Origin: Coprothermobacterota bacterium
GTDB taxonomy: Bacteria; Coprothermobacterota; Coprothermobacteria; Coprothermobacterales; Coprothermobacteraceae
Length of the DNA stretch: 64,000 nt
Direction: 5' to 3'
Assembly: GCA_036679065.1 (NCBI GenBank)
Contig: JAZIGN010000003.1
Span: forward strand, 384,001-448,000
The translations under genes and the position numbers were made by a program. Shown here piece after piece: positions 1-8,319 of this stretch (position 1 is the stretch's first letter; each line of letters opens with the position of its first letter). The notes beneath the pieces are model-generated. The model had not been told where the DNA came from. It did no database searches and worked only from the letters and a program-made list of their open reading frames with translations.

Positions 1-73
1 TGAGTACGATGCCCACTGCTGTCAAACTGTAGATGGAACCCGTGGCTAGTCCTCTAAGAACGAGATTAAACAT
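1..73 (-). CDS. Branched-chain amino acid-type ABC transporter permease (LivH-like), N-terminal part only, runs off window
   Basis: Manual translation from ATG at 73: MFNLVLRGLATGSIYSLTAVGIVL, matching the LivH N-terminal G(L)xxGSIYxLxAxG pattern; overlaps the end of the upstream ATPase gene. Confidence 0.8.
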   Translation of the reverse strand, partial: MFNLVLRGLATGSIYSLTAVGIVL

Positions 74-779
74 TTTGCCCTCCCAAATAAAGTTTTCTTA
101 CCTCGGGGTTTTCTTTAAGTTCGTCAGAAGTACCAGAAAGAACTATTCGTCCTAAGACCATGACGTAACCAGTATCTGAAATATCTAAGGCTTTACGGGC
201 ATTTTGTTCCACTAGTAAGACCTGTACCCCTTCTTGTTGAGCAAGACTTTTCACTGTTTGGAAGATTTCAGAAACAAGTATGGGGGCTAAGCCAAGAGAT
301 GGCTCATCCAACAGAAGGAGCCTGGGCTTTGCCATGAGGCCTCTTGCAATGGCTAGCATTTGTTGTTCCCCTCCTGATAAATTTCCGCCCTTTTGATTGA
401 TGCGTTCTTTAAGTGCTGGGAAGAGTTTTAGTACTTGGTCGAGAGTCTCCTTGTTTCCCTTGTCACTTCTGAAATAACCTCCCAAGAGCAGGTTCTCTCT
501 TACTGTAAGGTTCGGAAAGATGTGCCGTCCCTCTGGTACGTGGACTATTCCCATTTTGGCAATTTGCGAAGTACTCATTCTGGAGATGTCTTTGCCGTCA
601 AATAATATCGAACCTTTCCAAGGTTTCAATATGCCTGAAATTGTTTTAATTAATGTTGATTTCCCAGCACCGTTAGCCCCTAATACAGTAACAATGCGGG
701 AGTCTTTGAAATCCAGGTTAACGTCGTGAAGCACTTCTACGGGTCCATATCCTGTGGTGAGGTCTATGATCTTGAGCAT
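66..779 (-). CDS. livF: LIV-type ABC transporter ATP-binding protein (LivF-like)
   Basis: Walker A GANGAGKST, VPEGRHIF, signature LSGGEQQMLAIAR, Walker B LLLLDEPSLGLAP. Confidence 0.9.
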   Translation of the reverse strand: MLKIIDLTTGYGPVEVLHDVNLDFKDSRIVTVLGANGAGKSTLIKTISGILKPWKGSILFDGKDISRMSTSQIAKMGIVHVPEGRHIFPNLTVRENLLLGGYFRSDKGNKETLDQVLKLFPALKERINQKGGNLSGGEQQMLAIARGLMAKPRLLLLDEPSLGLAPILVSEIFQTVKSLAQQEGVQVLLVEQNARKALDISDTGYVMVLGRIVLSGTSDELKENPEVRKLYLGGQNV

Positions 780-1522
780 TAGTCCACCCCCAAATAAGCT
801 TCAATGACTTGAGGATCAGCAGAAATTTCTTGTGGCTTTCCTTCAGCTATTTTTTGTCCAAAATTCATAACCGTAACCACATCAGATATGTCCATAACAA
901 CACCCATGTCATGCTCCACTATGAGAACCGTTAAACCTTTTGCTTTAATGGCCTTCATCAAGTTCTTTAGATTTTCCTTCTCAGCTGAAGTTAAGCCAGC
1001 CGCTGGTTCGTCCAGCAAGAGCAATTTGGGATTTGAAACCAATGCCCTTGCTAGTTCCACAAGTTTTTGAACACCGTAAGGAAGAAATAGGGGATAAGCT
1101 TTTAGATAGGGTAGAAGTCCAGTAAGAGCAGCCACTTCATAGATCTTGTCGTTGACTTCTTTTTGAGAATACACATCGAAACCAAGTAGGTCCTGGTAAA
1201 GGTGGCTTTCAAGGAAAGGGTGTAATCCCATTTTTATGTTTTCTTCAACAGTCATGGAATAGAAGATGTTCAGATTCTGGAAAGTCCTCGACAGACCCAA
1301 GGATAGTAATTCATGGGTGCTCTTCATCCTGAGGTCTTGGTTGAGGAAAGTTATTCTGCCCGTGTATGGAACTAATTTGAAGACTGCGTTGAAAACTGTG
1401 GTCTTGCCAGCGCCGTTAGGCCCAATGAGTGAATGAATATTTCCTTGTTCTACCTTCATGGATAAGTTGTTAACAGCGACAAGGCTTTGGAATTTCACGG
1501 TTAAGTTTTCAATGGAAAGCAT
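779..1522 (-). CDS. livG: LIV-type ABC transporter ATP-binding protein (LivG-like)
   Basis: GPNGAGKTT, RTFQN, LPYGxQK, LLLLDEPAAG, EHDM, C-terminal VIEAYLG. Confidence 0.9.
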   Translation of the reverse strand: MLSIENLTVKFQSLVAVNNLSMKVEQGNIHSLIGPNGAGKTTVFNAVFKLVPYTGRITFLNQDLRMKSTHELLSLGLSRTFQNLNIFYSMTVEENIKMGLHPFLESHLYQDLLGFDVYSQKEVNDKIYEVAALTGLLPYLKAYPLFLPYGVQKLVELARALVSNPKLLLLDEPAAGLTSAEKENLKNLMKAIKAKGLTVLIVEHDMGVVMDISDVVTVMNFGQKIAEGKPQEISADPQVIEAYLGVD

Positions 1523-1577
1523 GAATATCTCCTTTCCTCAAGTCATCATGCACATGCATGGCTATGCTTTCCCGTGC

Positions 1578-1599
1578 AGAGGGGGCTATAGCCCCCTCT
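1578..1599. terminator. Perfect 22-bp inverted repeat between the binding-protein and ATPase genes (mRNA-stabilising hairpin or weak terminator)
   Basis: AGAGGGGGCTA/TAGCCCCCTCT; no clear U-tract on the - strand. Confidence 0.5.
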
Positions 1600-1623
1600 A
1601 TTCTGTTTGGGGTATTCACTAAA

Positions 1624-3240
1624 TTACTCCCGCACGGATATCCAATCGCTAATCTTTACAAGTTCCTTGTTTTTCACTGTCATGAAATAAAGTGAATACT
1701 TACCTGCGCGCTCATTAGGTCCGTAAGAAATGTCTTTGGCCACATAACCGTTCCAGCCATTGAATGTTTCTAACGCCCATACTATGGCGTCTCGTGTGGG
1801 ATATTGCCCAGCTCTGCGTAACGCTTCCACGAATATCTCTGCTGCTACGAAGCCAGCAACAGCATAAGAGAAGGTGAGTGGGTCGTCATTTGGATAATAC
1901 TTGCCCCAGATCTCGAAGAATTTTTGTACTCCAGGATCGTTTAAGTTGGAAAAGTCCACCCAACCAGTTATGTACACGCCCTCAGCAGCATCGCCAGCCA
2001 TGGCAGTAATTCCCGCATAAGAATATGGCAGGATGATTTTCTGAGTGAGACCCAGTGATTTTGCAGTTTTAACGGCGTTTGCTCCAGCAGATGTATTCGC
2101 AGGTGCATAGAGGAAAATAACTTCAGCACCAGAATTCTTAATCCTGGTTAAATAAGAAGTGAAGTCGGTTTCTGTGCCAGGGAAAGAGGATGAGTAGACC
2201 AGACTTCCACCATATTTCTTTACGCCTTCTTGTACGCCCTGAGCACCTTCTTTGCCGGCATCATCGTTTTGGTACAGGAGCGCAAATTTACTTGTGTTCA
2301 GGTTTTGCCTAGCGAATTTCACAAATGCTTGACCTTCGGTCATGTAGTTGGGCTGCACTGCAAAGACGTACTTCTTTGGTGGATAGGCGAAGGCAGAAGC
2401 ACCACCACCTTGATACACGAAGGGAACACCTTTCTCATTGAGGTAATCCATGACTGCTAGGCAACCTGGGGTGCCAAGACCGCCTACTACGGCGAATACT
2501 TTATCTTCTTCAACAAATTTCTTTACTGCTGGAACAGTAAGCGCTGGATTCATTTGGTCGTCAGCAATGATCACTTTTATTTTTCTTCCGTTAACACCAC
2601 CCTGGTCATTTATCCAGTTGATGTAGGATTGTAAACCGTGATAAAATGGGATTCCAATTACTGCTAATGGCCCAGATAGTGCCGAAAAAGAACCTATCTT
2701 GATTTCCTTGTCAGTGATCCCGGGGATGGCATAGCTTGGTTTTGCACTAACATAGATCATTTTCTTTTGCGCTTCGTAGTAAACATTAAGGCCCAAAGCC
2801 TCTGAGATGAAACGTACGGGTACCATGGTTCTAGAGTTCTTTATGTAGGGGGCAGCGTCTAAGGTGTATGCTTTCCCGTCCACAGTTGCCGAAGTCTTGC
2901 CTATAGTGAGTTGTATGGTTTTTCCGTCAGATTTGATGGTCACGGTTTTGGTTGCTGGATCCCATCCCACATTTGCTCCGAATGCTTCGGCTATGAACCT
3001 CACGGGGACAAATGTTCTCGCATTTATGATCTCTGGAGCGACTTCCATTTGATAGCTCATGCCGTTAAGCTGATACCATTTAAACCCCACCGCCATGACC
3101 AAGAACATCTCTTTTTGGGCTTTTGCTTTAGGTACTCCTACAAGGAAACCCATACAGAGTGCCACTACGAGAAGGGAGGCGAACAGTTTCTTTAAGTTAC
3201 TGAAGTTCTCTCCTAACAGAGTCTTTAAGACTCTTTTCAT
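1624..3240 (-). CDS. ABC substrate-binding protein (leucine-binding/Peripla_BP_6 type) fused to an N-terminal copper-amine-oxidase-N (stalk) domain
   Basis: Signal peptide ending AKA; repeats APEIINARTFVPVRFIAEAFG and APYIKNSRTMVPVRFISEALG; then GITDKEIKIG...LSGPLA...GGVNGRKI...DD, typical of LIV binding proteins. Confidence 0.85.
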   Translation of the reverse strand: MKRVLKTLLGENFSNLKKLFASLLVVALCMGFLVGVPKAKAQKEMFLVMAVGFKWYQLNGMSYQMEVAPEIINARTFVPVRFIAEAFGANVGWDPATKTVTIKSDGKTIQLTIGKTSATVDGKAYTLDAAPYIKNSRTMVPVRFISEALGLNVYYEAQKKMIYVSAKPSYAIPGITDKEIKIGSFSALSGPLAVIGIPFYHGLQSYINWINDQGGVNGRKIKVIIADDQMNPALTVPAVKKFVEEDKVFAVVGGLGTPGCLAVMDYLNEKGVPFVYQGGGASAFAYPPKKYVFAVQPNYMTEGQAFVKFARQNLNTSKFALLYQNDDAGKEGAQGVQEGVKKYGGSLVYSSSFPGTETDFTSYLTRIKNSGAEVIFLYAPANTSAGANAVKTAKSLGLTQKIILPYSYAGITAMAGDAAEGVYITGWVDFSNLNDPGVQKFFEIWGKYYPNDDPLTFSYAVAGFVAAEIFVEALRRAGQYPTRDAIVWALETFNGWNGYVAKDISYGPNERAGKYSLYFMTVKNKELVKISDWISVRE

Positions 3241-3272
3241 TTTATTTTCCCGCCTTTCTTCTTTACTCTTTT

Positions 3273-4016
3273 TCAGAGAACCAATCCTCCATCGACGTGG
3301 AGGACATGTCCCGTAATGAAGGAAGCTTCGTCAGAAATGAGGAACAGAATCGCGTTAGCGACTTCCTTTGGTTCGCCCATGCGCCCCATGGGTGTTTTAC
3401 CTATCATCTGGTCGAGAACTTTTTCAGGTACTTTGTCAGTCATGGGGGTCTTTATAAAGCCTGGTGCAACAGCATTCACTCTCATACCCTTTTTTGCGAA
3501 CTCTTTAGCCCAAGTTTTGGTGAGTCCAATTACACCTGCTTTACTGGCTGCGTAATTGGTCTGTCCAATGTTGCCGTAAACTCCTACCACAGAAGAAATG
3601 TTTACTATGCAGCCGGAACCTCGTTCCATCATGTGAGGGGCAACTGCTTTGGTACAGTAGAAAGTACCTGTTAAATTTACGGCTATGACTCTGTCCCAAT
3701 CCTCGATAGGCATCTTGGTTAAGAAGTTATCCCTGGTTATTCCAGCTATGTTTGTTAAGGCGTCTACTTTGCCGAAATCGTTTATGACTTGTTCGACTGC
3801 ATTCGAGACCTGTTCAAAGTTCGATACATCTACTTTGTAGGATTTGCATTGTACGCCAAGGTTCTTTATCTCTTCTTCAAGTGGCTTTAAGTTTGTTTCG
3901 TCAATGTCAAATAGAGCTACATGGCCTCCTTCGCGAGCCACAGCTAGTGCTGTTTCTCTGCCGATACCACCACTGGCTCCAGTTATGATAACGACTTTGT
4001 CTCTTACACGTTCCAT
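3273..4016 (-). CDS. fabG: 3-oxoacyl-ACP/CoA reductase (SDR, FabG-like)
   Basis: TGASGGIG, NIAGITRD, SS...GNIGQTNYAASKAG, VAPGFI, VDGG. Confidence 0.85.
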   Translation of the reverse strand: MERVRDKVVIITGASGGIGRETALAVAREGGHVALFDIDETNLKPLEEEIKNLGVQCKSYKVDVSNFEQVSNAVEQVINDFGKVDALTNIAGITRDNFLTKMPIEDWDRVIAVNLTGTFYCTKAVAPHMMERGSGCIVNISSVVGVYGNIGQTNYAASKAGVIGLTKTWAKEFAKKGMRVNAVAPGFIKTPMTDKVPEKVLDQMIGKTPMGRMGEPKEVANAILFLISDEASFITGHVLHVDGGLVL

Positions 4017-4043
4017 GCGTTTTCCCCCTTTACTTGGTTTTAC

Positions 4044-5033
4044 TCATACCCACCTGAACAAGGCAGAGCTCATTACGTAGCCCACTCCTGAAGTGCAGAA
4101 CGCTACCAGGTCACCTTTCTTTATCTTTCCTTCATTTAGCGCGTCTTCAAGTGCCATGAAGGCACAAGCAGAACCTGTATACCCGTACTTATGCATAATC
4201 CAGTGTGTTTTTTCAAGTGGTAAGCCTAGGTTTTCCATGGTCTGTTCAATATCGGCTAGGCGAACCTGGGTAAGAATTACCATATCTAGGTCTTTCTCAG
4301 TGTACCCAGCTTTTTTGAGACTCTTCCTAATCACGTCAGGCCAGTGGCCGTAGTTTACATCAGGTGGATACTTGTGAAAGTTTGGGTGGAACCTGAGTAA
4401 GTGTTCTTTCTTTTCCACCATCTCCTTCGTTACTGGGTACTTTGTCCCCACATATACACCGTATCCATCCCAGTACTGTCCGTCAGCCACAATGGTTGAA
4501 GTGATGTAACCTGGCTCATCGCTCACTGTTACTATGGCCGCTGAAGCGCCATCGCCAAGCATGGGGGCCAGCACCTTGTTGTCCCAGTCAAGCCACTTAG
4601 ACATGGCATATGGGGCGACCACAAGTACATTGTTTATGGTTTTGTCCAACATAATATGCTGAGACGCAATGCTGAGCCCAATGGTGGCGTCGGCGCATGC
4701 CCCGTTTATGTCGAACGCTCCGGCATTTGAAGCGCCTAGTTTGTAAGCAATGGCAGGTGCAGTGGGCGGTGTAACGTAGTCGGGAGTGTCAGTTGTCATT
4801 ATAAGCAAGTCAATATCTTCAGGTTTCATGTTGGCTTTTTCCAAAGCTGTTTCTGCTGCTTTTACTCCCATATCTGAGGCGCATTCATTCTCGGCAGCAA
4901 TATGCCTTAGGGTGATTCCAGATAAATATGTGCTTACGTCGAATCCATAGCGTTCGCTGAGTTCTTCATTAGTAATAACTTTCTCAGGCAAATACATGCC
5001 CGTGGCCAGTATTTTCGCGTACCGCTGTTCCAT
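4044..5033 (-). CDS. Ketoacyl-synthase III (FabH-family) protein with atypical catalytic residues
   Basis: GMYLPEKVITNEEL, AFDINGAC (catalytic Cys), LGDGASA; HQAN and GNT motifs replaced by TQVR and GYT. Confidence 0.85.
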   Translation of the reverse strand: MEQRYAKILATGMYLPEKVITNEELSERYGFDVSTYLSGITLRHIAAENECASDMGVKAAETALEKANMKPEDIDLLIMTTDTPDYVTPPTAPAIAYKLGASNAGAFDINGACADATIGLSIASQHIMLDKTINNVLVVAPYAMSKWLDWDNKVLAPMLGDGASAAIVTVSDEPGYITSTIVADGQYWDGYGVYVGTKYPVTKEMVEKKEHLLRFHPNFHKYPPDVNYGHWPDVIRKSLKKAGYTEKDLDMVILTQVRLADIEQTMENLGLPLEKTHWIMHKYGYTGSACAFMALEDALNEGKIKKGDLVAFCTSGVGYVMSSALFRWV

Positions 5034-5053
5034 TTACAATCCACCTCCAATAG

Positions 5054-6115
5054 TTACATGTTGTCCGAAATAAAATTCCTCAACGTGGCGACAAACTCTC
5101 CTGGTTTTTCAATGTGAGGAGAATGAGCCACATCTTTGACAACGACTTCGTAGTACTTACCTCCATTTGACTTGTAATCCTCAAGAACTTTACGTGTCTG
5201 TTTAAGCATGGGCTGTGGCGGACAAACTTCGACGCCTGGGTAACCAGGTACAAGTCCCAGCTTACCGAGCGTTGCTATGTTGAAAAACGATTCATCAGCT
5301 ACCACAGTATCGTGAGATCCTCGGATCCACAGTATGGGTGGTTTAACTGGCAAATCCACAATGGAGCTTGCGTTAAAGTACTTAGGAGACATAGCATTCA
5401 GTGGGCCAAATTTTCCCGGAGCAGTGAATGGCCAATTCGGTGATGGTACGAAATCTCCTGGATAAGCTTTCTCCCCGGTTTTGATTAGCAACAGTGAAAG
5501 GAGCAGATCTTTCTCTCTTTTTGCTCTGAAAGGTGGTTTGAAGTAGAAGTTATTCATGATAAACAATGGGGAAGCTTGGTCTTTCTCTGTTGTGTCGTGT
5601 TCTTTTATTCTCTGAATGAAATCCGGATTCACAGTACCCCCACCTGAACCAGCATAGTCCTCATAACAAGGAATTCCATTCTCGGTTTTGGTGCCACCAA
5701 AACCGTAAGGAGAGACAGGACAAATGAGTGTTAAACTGAGCACTTTGTCGGGGTGATCAAGGAGAAACTGCATTGCCGCTCCTCCTCCCATGGACCAACC
5801 GACAATGTGCAGCTTTTCGATGTTCATGGTGTCCAGAAGGGACGATAGATCATCAGACCAATCACACATTCCTCTGGTAGCATCGACCACTTTATCTTCG
5901 GTTTGCCCATACCCTCTTAGGTCAGGAGCGAAGCAGAAAAACTGATCGCTCAGGTCTACCATCACTTCTTCAAAAAAGGTTGGTCCAGATAAGTTTCCGT
6001 GAATAAACATGATTGGAGTGGCATCGCGGTTCTTGTTGAAATGGACGTGCATGTTGATGCGTTCCGTTTCAACAAATGTGGCTTCAATACCCTCGAGAAC
6101 TGACGGAAGTTCCAC
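5054..6115 (-). CDS. Alpha/beta-fold hydrolase
   Basis: HGNLS oxyanion motif, PDLRGYG, nucleophile GWSMGG, C-terminal HSPHIE; start moved to GTG 6115 after AAGGAGGT. Confidence 0.85.
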   Translation of the reverse strand: MELPSVLEGIEATFVETERINMHVHFNKNRDATPIMFIHGNLSGPTFFEEVMVDLSDQFFCFAPDLRGYGQTEDKVVDATRGMCDWSDDLSSLLDTMNIEKLHIVGWSMGGGAAMQFLLDHPDKVLSLTLICPVSPYGFGGTKTENGIPCYEDYAGSGGGTVNPDFIQRIKEHDTTEKDQASPLFIMNNFYFKPPFRAKREKDLLLSLLLIKTGEKAYPGDFVPSPNWPFTAPGKFGPLNAMSPKYFNASSIVDLPVKPPILWIRGSHDTVVADESFFNIATLGKLGLVPGYPGVEVCPPQPMLKQTRKVLEDYKSNGGKYYEVVVKDVAHSPHIEKPGEFVATLRNFISDNM

Positions 6116-6145
6116 AAAAAGCACCTCCTTCCTCACACGTGTTTT

Positions 6146-6166
6146 TGATAGGTGAGTCACCTATCA
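6146..6166. promoter_or_regulatory. Putative repressor operator (perfect 21-bp palindrome)
   Basis: TGATAGGTGA-G-TCACCTATCA, lying between a consensus promoter and the hydrolase RBS. Confidence 0.7.
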
Positions 6167-6178
6167 CATAACAATGTA

Positions 6179-6207
6179 ATTTTAAATCAATTTTGTGTAA
6201 TTGTCAA
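6179..6207 (-). promoter_or_regulatory. Sigma70/sigmaA promoter of the hydrolase-KASIII-fabG-ABC operon
   Basis: TTGACA (6207-6202), 17 nt, TAAAAT (6184-6179) on the - strand. Confidence 0.75.
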
Positions 6208-6823
6208 CATACTATTGTCTGTTTAGAAATGTACTTAACATACATAAACTCGAAAAGAAGCCGGCTAGACGTATTAGGGCGATGCACGGCGAAAGTTTTT
6301 GCAAATAATATGATCGTGTCTTTTTTGATTACAGTACTCTAAATCAGGCACCGTTAATTAATCGTAACCACGTAGATTGATGGAACCTGCAAAGCGTGAG
6401 CAAGATTGACAAAAGCAAAAAAGGTAGAATTGCCATTTCCAAGTTCGACAATTGTGCAGTTGTCCTGGTTTGGTTGATGGAATCAGTGTTGCGGAAATCA
6501 GGAATACTGTGACCATATAGGGAGAGTTGCAATGAACACACACAGAATAAGCAATACCATTTCCAGTACTATACCTCCTATTAAAGATATAAACGTTTGG
6601 CGAGGTTTGGTGCTAAGCAGCAGGCAGTTTCATGTGCTAATGCGCTAATCCTTGTTAATGGGGCAGTGTTTTTGTATTTGTTACTGTTACATGATGAACA
6701 GACACTGCAGTACCCAGAATTGCTACTCCCAGGATAGACGAACGCCTGTTTGTTTGATTCAAAAATGTAATCACTGAATTCTAGATGTTATGCACTCACA
6801 TGGTGAAAAGTAGCGGCTGTCCT

Positions 6824-8230
6824 TTACTCGACAGCTTCGCTGGTGGCAAGTAGCGAAGACAATGCAGCTAATACTGAAGCGCCTGCACTTAAAAGGTAGG
6901 TGTAACGCAACCCTCTTAGGAAGAGAAGGCCATCGGAGATTGAGAATGTGGACTGACCAAGAATGGTGTGGGGAACAAAGCTGTAAAGAGTTAGGCTTCC
7001 GAAAGCGACGCCCAAAGCCATTCCCATGTTGCGTATCATGGAAAGCATGGCTGAGCCTATGCCCAAATACCTGTCAGGTAGTGTAACCATTACCGATTTG
7101 CTATTTATGGATTGGAACAAACCTGTTCCAAAGCCATATATGACAAGGGCAAAAGTAACGAGCAGAAAACTACTATCTGAGCCTGAAAACGCAAGCGCAA
7201 CTATGCCTAAAGCAGATATAACAGATGATATGAAGCACAGAATGTTGTCTGATACTTTAGCATTAACAAACTGGCTAAGCAAGGAACTGAACATACTCAT
7301 AAGTGGAAAAACAGTGACTATGAGCCCTGAAATGTGTGGCGGATAGCCAAGTAGGCGTTGTAAGTGAAATGGAAGGACAAAGGTCATCATAAACTGAGAA
7401 ACAAAGGTAAAAAAGGAAGCTATTAAGCCAAAAGAGAAGGAACGATTTCTAAAAAGTTTTAGGTTAACTAAAGCATGAGGGTTTACTTGCTCGAGGTAAA
7501 TGAACAGTATTAGTGCCAAAACAGAAACTGTTAGCAGAGCCTGATTAAATGGACTAAAACCATGAGTCGAAAAAAGGCTGACAAACAGTAAAAGTGTTGA
7601 CGAAAACAAGAAGAACAATGCAGCTCCCAGGTAATCAACTTTTGCAACTGTGCCTTTGAAGTTAGGTATGTATTTGGCTGTAAGGAAAATGCCAATCAAA
7701 GCTACAATGCCATCGACAAAGAATACCCAGCGCCAGCTCAAATAGTTTGTTAACAAGCCTGCTAACAATGGTCCTATTACCAGTCCCAAGGACACAGTGA
7801 AAATATTTATCCCCATGGCTCTACCAAGCTCATCAGGTGAGAAAACGGCGGTAATAATGGCGAAGACAACAGACATGATCATTGAAGCGCCTAGTCCTTG
7901 AAGAGCTCTGAGAATAATCAGTAAAGTGATGGATGGAGCAAAACCTGCCATGAAAGATGCAGCGCAGAACAGCCATAACCCCCACAGGAAAGGTTTTCTA
8001 TAGCCAACAGCATCTCCTATTTTGCCGAAGAGAAGCATAGTAGCGCTCACCACTGTTAGGTTTACAACTGGTACCCACTGCACTACAGACATGGGGACAC
8101 TAAAAGCGTCGCTTAATGTGGGAAGAACAACGTTAATCATGCTCCCATCTATGGGACCTATGATGTTCCCTATAAGAACGGCCCACAAAATGGCATAGCG
8201 ATATACGGACATAGACTTTTGCTTTTCCAT
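6824..8230 (-). CDS. MFS transporter, DHA2/EmrB-like (about 14 TM)
   Basis: IDGSMINVVLP, GKIGDAVGYRK motif A, RALQGLGA, GPLLAG, WRWVF; start at ATG 8230. Confidence 0.85.
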   Translation of the reverse strand: MEKQKSMSVYRYAILWAVLIGNIIGPIDGSMINVVLPTLSDAFSVPMSVVQWVPVVNLTVVSATMLLFGKIGDAVGYRKPFLWGLWLFCAASFMAGFAPSITLLIILRALQGLGASMIMSVVFAIITAVFSPDELGRAMGINIFTVSLGLVIGPLLAGLLTNYLSWRWVFFVDGIVALIGIFLTAKYIPNFKGTVAKVDYLGAALFFLFSSTLLLFVSLFSTHGFSPFNQALLTVSVLALILFIYLEQVNPHALVNLKLFRNRSFSFGLIASFFTFVSQFMMTFVLPFHLQRLLGYPPHISGLIVTVFPLMSMFSSLLSQFVNAKVSDNILCFISSVISALGIVALAFSGSDSSFLLVTFALVIYGFGTGLFQSINSKSVMVTLPDRYLGIGSAMLSMIRNMGMALGVAFGSLTLYSFVPHTILGQSTFSISDGLLFLRGLRYTYLLSAGASVLAALSSLLATSEAVE

Positions 8231-8255
8231 GCAAAAATGATACCGTATAAAGAAA

Positions 8256-8293
8256 AAACAAAAAAGGAGAAGCACCCAGAAGATGCTTCTCCC
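8256..8293 (-). terminator. Rho-independent terminator of pruA
   Basis: GGAGAAGCA...TGCTTCTCC hairpin followed by a T-run on the - strand. Confidence 0.75.
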
Positions 8294-8319
8294 TAATGCT
8301 ATTTATGTTTGTAGCTCTA

